Below, piece after piece: positions 19,329-30,300 of a DNA stretch of 64,000 nt. The stretch covers positions 26 to 64,025 of the forward strand of contig JASHPK010000035.1 of assembly GCA_030038095.1 (NCBI GenBank), written 5' to 3'. Below the pieces are notes generated by a model that saw only the letters and a list, made by a program, of their open reading frames with translations, did no database searches and had not been told where the DNA came from. The translations under genes and the position numbers were made by a program. Each line of letters begins with the position of its first letter. Position 1 is the stretch's first letter. The DNA comes from Thermoplasmata archaeon. GTDB lineage: Archaea; Thermoplasmatota; Thermoplasmata; Lutacidiplasmatales; UBA184.

Positions 19329-21119
19329 TCACTTCCCTCCCTGGACCGCCTGGACGATCTGGGGGGCCCGGAACGTGTAGCCGTCGTACCTCAGGATCGA
19401 TCGAAGCTTCGTGTACTGGGCCGGGATCGTCTCCCGGAGGAGCCGGGCGAACTGACCGGTGTAGTTGTGCTCGACCACGAACGCCACGTCGACCGAGCGG
19501 AGGAACGGCTCGATCTCGTGGACAGGCACCGGATAGAGGGTGCGCACTTGGAGGTACCGGGTCGGGACCCCCTTCGCCCCGAGGAGCGATTGCGCCTCGA
19601 GGATTGGCCCCGAGGTGCTTCCGAACCCGATCAGTCCGATCTTCGCCTCCGGGGGCCCGAAGAGCCGGGCGTTCGGAAGCTCGCCCCGCGCGAGGACCAT
19701 CTTGTCCATCCGCTTCTTCATCATGCGGACTCGGTTCTCGGGGTTCACCGAGACGTGCCCCCACTCGTCGTGTTCGTTCCCGGTGACCTCCGACCAGACC
19801 CCGGGGGTTCCGGGGACCGCGTACGGGCTCGCGCCGTCGCCGTACTGGTAGACCTTGTACTGCTCGAGCTTCTGGACCGCCTCCGCCGTGAGCCGCTTGC
19901 CCCGGTCGACATGGACGGCCGAGAGGTCGAATCGGCGGGAGGTCGCGGTGTTTTGGCAGAGCGCCTGGTCGAGCAGCAGGATCACGGGGAGCCGCCAGCG
20001 ATCCGCGAGGTTCAGCGCTTCCGTGGTCAGTAGGAAACAGTCCGACGGATCCGAGGGCGCGAGGATGAACCTCGGGTACTCCCCATGCCCGAGGTTCGCG
20101 AGGTGGGAAAGGTCCGATTGCTCGTGACGGGTCGGTTGGCCGGTGGACGGTCCCACGCGTTGGCAATCGGCGACGACGATCGGGATCTCAGCGGTGCCCG
20201 CGTGCCCGATCCCCTCGGTCATCAGCGAGAGACCCGGGCCGCTCGTGCTCGTCATCACGCGCGCCCCCGCGTACGCGGCGCCGATGATCATGTTGACCGC
20301 GGCGAGCTCGTCCTCCGCCTGGCGGACGACGCCCTCGAACGGCGGGAGGTACCGCTGGAGGTACTCCATGATCTCGGTGGCGGGCGTGATCGGGTACCCG
20401 GCGAAGAACCGGCCACCGCCGACGACGAAGCCGAGCGCGACCGCTTGGTTTCCGGTCGTCAGGATCAACGAGTGGGCGTCGCCATCGACCAGCGAGAAGC
20501 GGTTCGGCACGTCGGGATTCTCGCTCGCCGCCTTCCGCCCGATGTCGAGGGCCTTGAGGTTCTTCTCGAGCGCCTCGCCTCCGCGCCGCTTGAACCGCTC
20601 CTCGATGACCGACCGGGTCATCGGCTCGTCAAAGCCGAGGAGGACGCTGAGCGCGCCGTAGGCCGCGGTGTTCTTGAAGATCGGCTGGCCGAGCGGTCCG
20701 CCGACCAGCGTGGCGAACGGGAACCCGACCGCGTTCGGCAGGTCGGTGTGGAACGTCGTCGAATCGTAGAGGATGAATCCGTGGGGAGCGAGCTCGGCTC
20801 GGCCGAGCTGGATCGCCTCGTTATCGAAGGCCACGAGGACGTCGACCTGGGGCTTGACCGCGGAGGTCGGGTCCCGGCTCGCGCGCACGCTCGCGTCAGC
20901 GTGCCCCCCGCGGATCCGCGAGAGGACATTGCGCGAGGTGTAGACGTAGAGGCCGCGCTTGCGGAAGTAGCGGCCGAGCAGATCCGAAACGGTGAGCGTC
21001 CCGTCGCCGCCTTGGCCCCCGATCATCACGCTGAGGTCGGAGAGTTCCATCGGGGGACGGGCGGCGCTAGGGCCCGTCTCCTCGGGCAGGGAGGGCGGAT
21101 GCGCGGCGGGGGTGCTCAT
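19329..21119 (-). CDS. korA: 2-oxoacid:ferredoxin oxidoreductase alpha subunit (gamma-alpha fusion)
   Basis: IGGQGGDG, SRIRGGH, GYPITPATE, QAEDE, TSGPGLSLMTE, QRVGPSTG, VEHNYTGQ. Confidence 0.93.
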   Translation of the reverse strand: MSTPAAHPPSLPEETGPSAARPPMELSDLSVMIGGQGGDGTLTVSDLLGRYFRKRGLYVYTSRNVLSRIRGGHADASVRASRDPTSAVKPQVDVLVAFDNEAIQLGRAELAPHGFILYDSTTFHTDLPNAVGFPFATLVGGPLGQPIFKNTAAYGALSVLLGFDEPMTRSVIEERFKRRGGEALEKNLKALDIGRKAASENPDVPNRFSLVDGDAHSLILTTGNQAVALGFVVGGGRFFAGYPITPATEIMEYLQRYLPPFEGVVRQAEDELAAVNMIIGAAYAGARVMTSTSGPGLSLMTEGIGHAGTAEIPIVVADCQRVGPSTGQPTRHEQSDLSHLANLGHGEYPRFILAPSDPSDCFLLTTEALNLADRWRLPVILLLDQALCQNTATSRRFDLSAVHVDRGKRLTAEAVQKLEQYKVYQYGDGASPYAVPGTPGVWSEVTGNEHDEWGHVSVNPENRVRMMKKRMDKMVLARGELPNARLFGPPEAKIGLIGFGSTSGPILEAQSLLGAKGVPTRYLQVRTLYPVPVHEIEPFLRSVDVAFVVEHNYTGQFARLLRETIPAQYTKLRSILRYDGYTFRAPQIVQAVQGGK

Positions 21120-21282
21120 GGTGTGCTCCGGGAACAAATCGCGGTCGATTTGTACCGCATTTCAACCCCGGTACATATTTAAGAATCCCTCCGCCGGGAA
21201 CGTGCGAAACGATAACTTGGCGCCCCCGCGCGCCCCGCTCGCGTTCGAAAAAGGTAAACGGGGGGGTGCGGCTGGAAGCTCC

Positions 21283-22530
21283 GTGGCGGAGGAACGCCTC
21301 GTCGAGAACTACCACGTCGAAACCGCGCGGCAGCGCAAGATCCCGCGCTCGATCGAGGTGTGGGACGAGACGCTGCGCGACGGCGAGCAGACGCCCGGCG
21401 TGCATTTCTCCCCGGAGGAGAAGCTCCGCATCGCCGAACTCCTCTCGGACGTCGGGGTGGCGGTGCTGAACGCGGGGATCCCGGTCGTCTCCGAGGAAGA
21501 GGCCCGGGCCGTGCGTCTGGTCGCGGACGCCGGGCTCAAGGCGAAGATCCTGGCCGCCGCTCGAACGGTGCCGGCCGACGTCGACGCCGTGATCCGCAGC
21601 GGAGCGAGCCACATCGCCATCTTCGTCGCGGCGAGCAATGTCCACCTGAAGTACAAGCTCAAGATGTCGCAGGAGGAAGTGCGCGCCGCCGCTCTCGCGA
21701 CCGTTCGCCAGGCGAAGGACGCGGGGCTCCACGTCGCGTTCGTCACCGAGGACACGGTCCGCGCGCCGTTCGACTTCGTCGAACGCCTCTACCGGGACGT
21801 GCAGGCGGAGGGCGCCGACCGGCTCGTCGTCGCGGACACGGTCGGGATCATGACGCCGCTGACCTTTCGATGGTTCCTGACCGAGTTCAAGCGCCGGGTG
21901 CGACCGAAGGATCTTTCGGTCCACTGCCACAACGACTTCGGCCTCGCGACCGCGAACACCCTCACCGCCGTCGAGTGCGGGGCCCGGGCCCCCCAGGTCT
22001 GCGTGAACGGGCTCGGCGAGCGCGCGGGCAACGCGTCGCTCGAGGAGGTCGTGCTCGACCTCGAGGCCCTCTACGGGGTCGACACAGGGATCCGGACGGA
22101 GAAGATCCACGAACTCTCCCAGGTGGTCGAGGAGCTCTCCGGGGTCCCGATCGCCGCCAACAAAGCCCTCGTGGGGTACAACGCCTTCTCGCACGAGGCC
22201 GGGATCCACACGCACGGGATCCTCGCCCACACCCTCACGTATGAGCCGCTCCAGCCCGAGGTGGTCGGTCGCAACCGTCAGATGATCCTCGGGAAGCACA
22301 CGGGCAAGGCCGCGATCGTCGAGAAGCTCAAGGAGCGCGGACTCTCCGCCCCGGACCCGGTGCTCCTCGAGCTGTTGCGGCGGGTGAAGACCGGGATGGA
22401 GATGCGCTCGAAGAACGATTTGCGGCGGTTCCTCGAGCAGTACCGGTCGCTCTTCGGCAAACCCGGGCTCTCCGACGAGGAGTTTTGGTCCTTGGTGGAT
22501 GCGGTCGGCATCCGGAGGGCCGGATCGTGA
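21283..22530 (+). CDS. DRE-TIM 2-oxoacid:acetyl-CoA condensing enzyme (homocitrate/isopropylmalate/citramalate synthase family) without regulatory domain
   Basis: DETLRDGEQTPG, HCHNDFGLATAN, NGLGERAGNA, HEAGIH, TYEP, GKHTG; about 415 aa. Confidence 0.9.
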   Translation: MAEERLVENYHVETARQRKIPRSIEVWDETLRDGEQTPGVHFSPEEKLRIAELLSDVGVAVLNAGIPVVSEEEARAVRLVADAGLKAKILAAARTVPADVDAVIRSGASHIAIFVAASNVHLKYKLKMSQEEVRAAALATVRQAKDAGLHVAFVTEDTVRAPFDFVERLYRDVQAEGADRLVVADTVGIMTPLTFRWFLTEFKRRVRPKDLSVHCHNDFGLATANTLTAVECGARAPQVCVNGLGERAGNASLEEVVLDLEALYGVDTGIRTEKIHELSQVVEELSGVPIAANKALVGYNAFSHEAGIHTHGILAHTLTYEPLQPEVVGRNRQMILGKHTGKAAIVEKLKERGLSAPDPVLLELLRRVKTGMEMRSKNDLRRFLEQYRSLFGKPGLSDEEFWSLVDAVGIRRAGS

Positions 22531-23810
22531 GCGAGGGCAACGGGCACGGGCAGACGCTGGCCGAGAAGATCCTCGCGCGGGCGTCGGGGCAGGAGCGGGT
22601 CGTGCCGGGAGAGATCGTCGAGGGTCGCGTCGACCTCGCCATGATGCACGAGCAGGGCGCCCAGACGGTCGCCCCGTTCCACCAGATGGGCGCGGAGCGC
22701 GTCTGGGACCCGGACCGCGTCGTCATCGCGATCGATCACTGGGTACCCGCCTCGACTGAAGGCGCCGCCGTGCTGCACCGGATCCTGCGGAAGTTCGCGG
22801 CCGAGACGCACCTCCCGCACTTCTACGATGTGGGGAACCACGGGATCTGCCACCAGATCCTCGCGGAGAACGGCTGGGTGGTGCCGGGCGACCTCGCCGT
22901 CGGCACCGACTCGCACACGAACATGCTCGGGGCGATGGGCGCGGTCGCCGCCGGGATCGGTCCGACGGAGATGGCGGCGGTCCTCGCCCTCGGCCGGCTC
23001 TGGCTCAAGGTCCCCCCGTCGATCTCGGTGGAGGTCCGCGGGCAGTTCGGCCGAGGGGTCACCGCGAAGGACCTCGTACTGCGGGTCCTCGGCGAGGTGA
23101 GGACGACGGGGGCCACCTACAAGGCCGTCGAGTTCTCGGGGCCGACGATCGGGCGGATGTCGATGCCCGAGCGGTTCACGATCTGCAACATGACGACCGA
23201 GATGGGCGCCAAGACCGGGATGGTCGCGCCGGATCAAACGACGTTCGATTACCTCGCCCCGATCGCCAAGCACGCCATGCATCCGATGCGATCGGACCCC
23301 GACGCGCGCTACGAGCGGACGGTCGAGATCGACGTGGAGGGGATGCCGCCGATGGTGGCGTGTCCGTACTCCCCCGATAACGTCCGGCCGCTGCCCGACG
23401 TCGTGAAGGAGCATGTCAGGGTCGACCAGGTGTTCCTCGGCTCTTGCACGAACGCCCGGATCGAAGACCTGCGCGAGGGGGCCGCACTGATGAAGGGCGA
23501 GAAGGTCGCGCCCGGGGTGCGGTTCATCGTGTCGCCCGCGTCGACCAAGATCTACCAGCAGTGCCTCGCCGAAGGGATCATCGAGACCTTCACGGAGGCC
23601 GGGGCCGTCTTCACGAACTCGAGCTGCTCCGCCTGCTTCGGCGGGAACATGGGAATCCTCGCCCCCGATGAGGTGTGCGCCTCCTCCTCGAATCGGAACT
23701 TCCCCGGCCGCATGGGCGCGAAGGAGGCCCGGATCTACCTCATGTCGCCCGCCGCCGTGGTGGCGACCGCGATCCGCGGGGAGATCAGCGACCCGCGCGA
23801 GATGCAGTAG
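22527..23810 (+). CDS. leuC: 3-isopropylmalate dehydratase/homoaconitase large subunit
   Basis: TLAEKIL, GICHQ, GTDSHT, FLGSCTN, CSACFG, SNRNFPGRMG. Confidence 0.9.
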   Translation: MSEGNGHGQTLAEKILARASGQERVVPGEIVEGRVDLAMMHEQGAQTVAPFHQMGAERVWDPDRVVIAIDHWVPASTEGAAVLHRILRKFAAETHLPHFYDVGNHGICHQILAENGWVVPGDLAVGTDSHTNMLGAMGAVAAGIGPTEMAAVLALGRLWLKVPPSISVEVRGQFGRGVTAKDLVLRVLGEVRTTGATYKAVEFSGPTIGRMSMPERFTICNMTTEMGAKTGMVAPDQTTFDYLAPIAKHAMHPMRSDPDARYERTVEIDVEGMPPMVACPYSPDNVRPLPDVVKEHVRVDQVFLGSCTNARIEDLREGAALMKGEKVAPGVRFIVSPASTKIYQQCLAEGIIETFTEAGAVFTNSSCSACFGGNMGILAPDEVCASSSNRNFPGRMGAKEARIYLMSPAAVVATAIRGEISDPREMQ

Positions 23811-23821
23811 GAGGGTCCACC

Positions 23822-24346
23822 ATGCAGGAGATCATCGAAGGTCGGGTCTGGACCCTCGGTCGCGACGTCGACACCGACCAGATCATCTCGGGAAAGTACC
23901 TCACGATCATCGACCCGAACGAGCTCAAGAAACACGTCTTCGAGATCGCGTTGCCCGCGTTCGCGAAGGAGGCCCGCGCGGGGGATATCCTCGTCGCGGA
24001 CGAGAATTTCGGCTCGGGTTCGAGCCGGGAGCACGCCCCCCAGGCGATGCGGGCGATCGGGGTCGGCGCGGTGGTCGCCGACTCCTTTGCCCGGATCTTC
24101 TATCGCAACGCGATCAACCTCGGCATCCCGACCATCGAGGCACGGGGGGTGCGGGCGATCTTCGAGACCGGAGACACGGCCCGGATCGAGCTGCGCGCGG
24201 GCGTGGTCCGGAACGTGCGTACCGGGGCCTCCGTGGAGTTCCCGCCGATCCCGCATCATCTGCTGGAACTCCTCGAGGCGGGCGGGCTCGTCGAGAAGGT
24301 GCGCGCGGAGCTCGCCGCGCGCAAGGCCGCCGGGGCCTCCCCATGA
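23822..24346 (+). CDS. leuD: 3-isopropylmalate dehydratase/homoaconitase small subunit
   Basis: DVDTDQII, NFGSGSSREHA, SFARIFYRNAINLG. Confidence 0.9.
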   Translation: MQEIIEGRVWTLGRDVDTDQIISGKYLTIIDPNELKKHVFEIALPAFAKEARAGDILVADENFGSGSSREHAPQAMRAIGVGAVVADSFARIFYRNAINLGIPTIEARGVRAIFETGDTARIELRAGVVRNVRTGASVEFPPIPHHLLELLEAGGLVEKVRAELAARKAAGASP

Positions 24347-25476
24347 AGGACGCCGGGTACGAGATCGCGGTCTACCCCGGCGACGGGACCGGCCCGGAGG
24401 TCATCCGGGAAGGCGAGAAGGTCCTCTCCGCGCTCGCCGAGAACGCCGCGGCCCCCTGGCACCTCTCGGAGTTTCCGGGTGGGGGCCAATACTACCTCAA
24501 GACCGGCCGCGAGTGGGAGCCCGAGGCGGCCGCCGCCGCGAGGAGCGCCGACGCGATCCTCCTCGGGGCGGTCGGCTGGCCGGGAGCAACCCTCCCGAAC
24601 GGGGACATCGCGGGGCGAGCGCTCGTGCTGGGCCTGCGGGAAGGCCTCGACCTTTTCGCGAACGTGCGACCCTGCCGACTGTACCCCGGCGTGAAGCACC
24701 GGATCAGCGGGGAGTACCGGTCCGTCTGGGCCCCGAGGAACGTCGACATGGTGATCGTCCGCGAGAACACCGAGGATCTGTACACCCCAGCCCGGGGCCG
24801 TCTCGCCCGCGGGGGGGAGACGGAGGTGACCGTCGACACTCGCATCATCACGCGCAAGGGTTCCGAGCGGGTGATCCGGTACGCGTTCGAGCTCGCCCGC
24901 GCGCGGGACCGCGGAGCGCCGGAGGACGGGGTGAAGCGGGTCACGTGCGTCGACAAGTCGAACGTGATGGAAGGGTGCCGCTTCTTTCGCGAGACGTTCG
25001 ACCGCGTGGCGGGCGGCTACCCCGAGATCGAGCGGGATTACGCCTACGTCGACGCCTTCACGCAGTGGCTGATCCGCAACCCGGAGCACTACAATGTGGC
25101 CGTCGCGACGAACATGATGGGGGACATCATCACGGACCTCGCCTCGATCCTCCAGGGCGGGATGGGCTTCGCCTCGGGGGGCAACATCGGGTCCGAGCAC
25201 GCGATGTTCGAGCCGGTCCACGGGAGCGCCCCGAAGTACGCGGGCAAGAACCAGGTGAACCCGTACGCGACCTTCTTCGCCGTCGAGCAGATGCTCCGCT
25301 GGCTCGGGGACCGGGCGAAGGACGCCCGGCTCACCCTCCAGGCCGACCGCCTCGAGCGGGCGATCGCGAGCACGCTCGCGGCCGGGGGTAGCGGGACCTA
25401 CGATCAGGGCGGGTCCGTCACGACGAGCGAGGCCGGCGATCGCCTCGCCGCCGCCGTCCGTGCGGAGCGTTCATGA
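24343..25476 (+). CDS. leuB: Isopropylmalate/isocitrate-family beta-decarboxylating dehydrogenase
   Basis: PGDGTGPEV, LDLFANVRP, VRENTEDLY, VDKSNV, GDIITD, FEPVHGSAP. Confidence 0.88.
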   Translation: MKDAGYEIAVYPGDGTGPEVIREGEKVLSALAENAAAPWHLSEFPGGGQYYLKTGREWEPEAAAAARSADAILLGAVGWPGATLPNGDIAGRALVLGLREGLDLFANVRPCRLYPGVKHRISGEYRSVWAPRNVDMVIVRENTEDLYTPARGRLARGGETEVTVDTRIITRKGSERVIRYAFELARARDRGAPEDGVKRVTCVDKSNVMEGCRFFRETFDRVAGGYPEIERDYAYVDAFTQWLIRNPEHYNVAVATNMMGDIITDLASILQGGMGFASGGNIGSEHAMFEPVHGSAPKYAGKNQVNPYATFFAVEQMLRWLGDRAKDARLTLQADRLERAIASTLAAGGSGTYDQGGSVTTSEAGDRLAAAVRAERS

Positions 25477-26657
25477 GCGGCCGCGCGGTCGCCGTCGTCG
25501 GCGGCGTCACGACGAAGTGGGGGGTCCGGTCGGCGACCTGGCCCGAGCTCGCGCAGGAGGTGGGAGCCGCGCTGTTCCGGGCCGTACCGGAGCTGCGCGC
25601 CGAGGAGGTCGACTCCCTATTCGTCGGCGCGGCCGAGCCCGAGCGGTTCGCGTTCCAGTCGCACGTCGCCCCGCTCGCCGCCGAGCAGATGGGCGTGAGA
25701 CCCCATCGGATCCTGCAGCGGACGGAGCTCGCGTGCGCCTCGGGCCAGTCCGCGATCCGCTCCGCCTATGCCGCGATCGCCTCCGGCCTCTCGGACATCG
25801 CGGTCGCCGTGGGCATCGAGAAGATGAACATCCCGTCGATGGCGGAGGCGAACTCCTCGATGGGGTGCGTCATGGACCGGATGTGGGACGGTCCCCACGG
25901 CGCGACCGCTCCCCCCTTCTTCGCGATGGTGGCCCAGCGCCACATGCTCGAGTACGGGACCACGGAGGAGCAGCTCGCAGCGGTCTCCGAGAAGAACCAT
26001 CGCTTCGCGAACTCGAATCCTTCGGCCCAGTTCCACGAGAAGTCGTTCCCCCGGGACAAACTGCTGCGACTGCCCCTGATCGCTCCCCCGCTGCGGCTCG
26101 GCGACTGCTCGTCGATGACGGACGGCGCCGCCGCCGTCCTCCTGGTCGGAGAGGAATCGGCCCGGCGGTTCACCGACACTCCGGCGTGGATCCGCGGGAC
26201 CGGCCAGTACTCGGACTTCCACAATCTCGCCCACTCGGGTTCGCTCACGGACTGGGTCGGGCTCAAGACCGCCTCCCGGGAGGCGCTGCGGCGGGCCGGT
26301 ATCGGTGTCCACGACCTCGATTTCGCGGAGGTGCACGACTGCTTCTCGATCTCCGAGATCATCGAGTACGAGGCGCTCGGGCTCTGCGGCCCGGGCGAAG
26401 GGGGCCGGTTCGTCGCGGACGGCCGCAGCTCGATCGGCGGGGAGATCGTCGTGAACCCCCGAGGCGGCCTCCTCGGATGCGGCCACCCGCTCGGCGCCAC
26501 CGGGATCGGCCAGGCGGTGGAGGTGTTCCATCAGTTCGCGCGGACGGTGCCCCCGGCCCGCCAGGTACCCGATCCCGAGTGGGCCCTCGTCCACAATCTC
26601 TCGGGGAGCGCCAACGTCCACTCGCTGATGGTCTACCAGCGGGGAGGCGCGGCGTGA
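25473..26657 (+). CDS. Archaeal-type thiolase
   Basis: ELACASG (catalytic Cys), GIEKM, TDGAAA, EVHDCF, GHPLGATG. Confidence 0.92.
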   Translation: MSGRAVAVVGGVTTKWGVRSATWPELAQEVGAALFRAVPELRAEEVDSLFVGAAEPERFAFQSHVAPLAAEQMGVRPHRILQRTELACASGQSAIRSAYAAIASGLSDIAVAVGIEKMNIPSMAEANSSMGCVMDRMWDGPHGATAPPFFAMVAQRHMLEYGTTEEQLAAVSEKNHRFANSNPSAQFHEKSFPRDKLLRLPLIAPPLRLGDCSSMTDGAAAVLLVGEESARRFTDTPAWIRGTGQYSDFHNLAHSGSLTDWVGLKTASREALRRAGIGVHDLDFAEVHDCFSISEIIEYEALGLCGPGEGGRFVADGRSSIGGEIVVNPRGGLLGCGHPLGATGIGQAVEVFHQFARTVPPARQVPDPEWALVHNLSGSANVHSLMVYQRGGAA

Positions 26658-27193
26658 GCGGCGAGCCCCCCCGACCCCGTCGGCCGGGCGGCGCGCTCTC
26701 TTCGGAACCGCGCCCCGAGGAGACGCCCAAGAATCCGCCCGTCGAGCCCAAAGCCAAGCCGGTGGAGGCGTTGCCGTTCCTGCTCGATTTCTTCCCCCTC
26801 GAAGGCGCGAAGGAGACCCGGCTCTCCCGCTTCTACGAGCGGTTGCGCGAGGGACGGGTTTCCACGACCCGCTGCCCGAGGGACCTCGAGCTCCACTGGC
26901 CCCCCCGCACCGCGTGCCCGAAATGCCACAGCGAGGAGCTCGAGTGGACCGACCTGCCCGAGAAGGGCCGGATCTACAGTTTCAGCGCGGTGCTCGCGGG
27001 CGCGCCCCTCGGAATGGAAGCGGAGGTGCCGTACGCGGTCGGGCTCGTGGACCTCGAGGGGGCGCCGCTCCGGCTCTTCGGCCGGATCGAGGGCCGCGCC
27101 TGGAATGCGCTCCACGTCGGCGAATCCGTCCGCCTCGAACCGTACGCGCTCCCGGACGGACGCTGGTTCTACCGCTTCCGGGCGGCCGACTAG
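26654..27193 (+). CDS. DUF35 Zn-ribbon/OB-fold thiolase partner
   Basis: CPRD..WPPRTACPKC, GRIYSFS, PYAVGLVDL; GTGA overlap with the thiolase stop. Confidence 0.88.
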   Translation: MSGEPPRPRRPGGALSSEPRPEETPKNPPVEPKAKPVEALPFLLDFFPLEGAKETRLSRFYERLREGRVSTTRCPRDLELHWPPRTACPKCHSEELEWTDLPEKGRIYSFSAVLAGAPLGMEAEVPYAVGLVDLEGAPLRLFGRIEGRAWNALHVGESVRLEPYALPDGRWFYRFRAAD

Positions 27194-27301
27194 GGTCGGG
27201 ATTCCCTCTCGGGACTTCGAGGCGGCGCCCACGAGAGTAGGCTATTTATACACCCCCTAGGTCTCGCGCGCCGCTGAACCACACAGGGTAGCCGGTTGCT
27301 C

Positions 27302-30300
27302 ATGGAATCGACGCACACAGGGTGGTGGAAACGCCACGGATGGACGGTGGCGATCCTCCTCGCCGCCTTCGGTTCAGCGTTCGCCATCCGGACGATCTGG
27401 ACGTACCCGATCGTCGCGCAGTACGGGGCGCTCTACACGTACGCGGGGGGCTCGGACTCGTACTACCACTCGCGCGTGATGGCCGACATCATCCTCACGC
27501 ACTCGAACCTCATCCACGATCCGCTGCTCAAGTACCCGACCGGGGCGATCAACCCGCGGGAGCCGCTTTTCGACTGGATGAACGCGATCCTCGGGATCAT
27601 CTTCGCCCCGTTCTTCGGCGGCAGCGCGGTCGGGGCCGGGGCCTGGTTCCTCGACCTGGACGGTCCGCTGTGGGCCGCGCTCAGCATCTTCCCGATCTAC
27701 CTCATCGGTCGCGAGATCAGCGACCGCCGCATGGGCCTCATCGCGGCGATGATCTATCCGTTCCTCTCCGCGAGCATCGATTCGTCGATCTTCGGCTACG
27801 CGAACTACCTCTCGTTCTACACGTGCATCATCCTCGTCACGGTGTACGCTTGGATCCGGACCGTCAAGGCCGTCGGGTCCCGGCGGTGGGTCGAGAGCTA
27901 CCGCCACCCGAGTCAGTACTGGCCCGCGCTCCGCGCCTTTTTGCGGACGGAACGGTCCGCCGTGAAATGGGCGGTCTTCACCGGGGTGTCGCTCGGGGCG
28001 CTCGCGCTGTCCTGGCAGGGGTACACGTACGCGGTCGTCGTGATCGGTCTCGGCGTCCTGATCTCAATGGTCGCCGAGCGGATCCGCCACGTCGACTCCT
28101 TCGGCCTCTACGTCGCGGCCTGGATCACCGGCGGCATCGGATTCGGGATGGAGTTCCCGTACTACTTCGTCCAGTACGGCGGGGTCACGCCCGGGTTCGT
28201 CGCGTTCTTCGTGATCCCCGCGGTCGTCCTGTTCGGGATCCTGCTCCTGCTGCTCCCCTTCCTCCTGATGCGCGACGTGCCTTGGGTCTTCTCGCTGCCG
28301 TTCCTCGCCGGGATCGTCCTCGCCGGGGTGGCGGCGCTCGCGGTCTTCGACCCGAACGACTTCACCACGATCGTCACCGGGCAGGGCTACTTCATCAAGA
28401 GCCTGATCTACTCGACGGTCGCGGAGGCGCAGGCGCCCTCGATCGACCAGCTGATCATCGGCTACGGCGTCGTCACCTTCTTCCTCGCGTTCGTCGGCGT
28501 CGCGCTGTTCGTCTACGTCCTGATCCGCGGCCGCTTCAAGCGCCAGCACGTGGCGTTCCTCGTCTTCGCGATCCTGTCGATCTACCTCCCGATCACGGCC
28601 ACGAAGTTCTTCCTCGTCGCCTCCCCCGCGTTCGCGCTCCTTCCGGCCGAGGCGATCTACCGCGCGCTGCGGATCGGGCGGTACCCGGAGCTCCGACGCA
28701 CGGTGGCCTCGCTCTCGGATCGTCGGAGTCAGTTCGCCGCATTCCGCAAGGCGTTCAAGCCGCGGCACGTCCTCGTGATGGCCCTGGTCGTCCTGATCAT
28801 CCTCCCGAACGTCTGGGTCTCGATCGACGCCGGGATCCCGGGCAACACGAAGACCCAGTTCGGGGAGCAGGTCGGGGCCACTCTTCCCACCTGGCTGCAG
28901 CTGAACACCTCGAACCCGGGACAGTACTACTTCGGCGCCGCCGGCACGAGCCTCGATACTCCGAACCAGTACGATAGTGCCGGGTACAATTGGCTCGCCA
29001 CGCAGGACACCAACATCCCGCCGGCCGATCGTCCGGCGCTGATCAGCTGGTGGGACTACGGGTTCCAGACCATCGACCAGGGCCAGCATCCGAGCGTCGC
29101 CGACAACTTCCAGAACGGCATCGATCCGTCCGGCCAGTTCCTCCTCTCCCAGAACGAGTCGCAGGCGATCGCGGTCCTGACGATCACGCTGCTCCAGGGG
29201 GAGCAGCGGGCGAGCGGCGAGCCGTACCTCCCGCCGGCCCTCAACCGGATCCTGGCGTACGATGGGCTGAACCTGGCGACGCTCCACAACCTGATGGTGA
29301 ACACGAGCGCCGACCTCCCGCTCGTGATCAACAACCCCCAGAAGTACCTCCCCGTCAACCCCAGCACGATCACGGCGGACAACGCGATGTACCTCGCGAC
29401 CGAGGTGTACATCGCGAGCGCGCTCCCCCTCGCGGGGGTCGCGCAGGTCTACGACAACGTCCAGCAGTACACGGGCTGGTCGATCCGCTACGTCCTCGCG
29501 GACAGCCGACTCTTCCCGTTCAGCGGCACCGACACGGGGATCTACTACGCTCCCGCGGACCTCACGGGCCGGGTCATCAACGCCGCGGGCGAGCCGACCA
29601 CCTTCTTCAACGTCACGGTCCTCGGCTCGGACGGGAACACGTACCCGATCGGTCAGCTCCCCGCGGACGTCTCGGCGGTGAACTACAACATCAACTATTT
29701 CGCGCCGTTCTACAACTCGATGATCTACCGAACGTACATCGGGTACAACGGGACGGACATCGGGCTCGGGTCCGGGATTCCGTGCCTCACGCTCAACTGC
29801 TCGTCCGCCCCGCTCGAACCCGGCTGGATGCTCCAGCACTTCCAGATCGTCTACATGACGTCGTACTACTGCCCGGCCCACAACGCCCCGAGCGGGTCCT
29901 CCTGCTTCTCGGCGACGAACAAGCCGACGGCGCTGGCCCTCGCGAAGGCCGACAACGGAACGGCCGACACGAGCGCGGCGAGCTACTTCTCCGGGGGCGA
30001 GACGATGCTCGAGTACTTCCCGGGTCAGCCGCTGGTCGGCTCGGTCGTCACCTCGGACGGTACCCCCGTGCCGGGGGCCCACGTCACCGTCGACGACTCC
30101 TGGGGGATCCCGCACGATAGCGTCGTGACGGGCGCGGACGGCTCGTTCTCGGTCGTGCTGCCGCCCGGGAACGACACGGTCAACGTCACGATGGGCACGT
30201 TCGACCAGCTGAAGCAGCAGGGCAACATCATCCTGAAGAGCGTCCCGATCGACGTGCCCGAAGCGGTCGGGATGAGCTTCAATGCTCCCAGCCGCATGAT

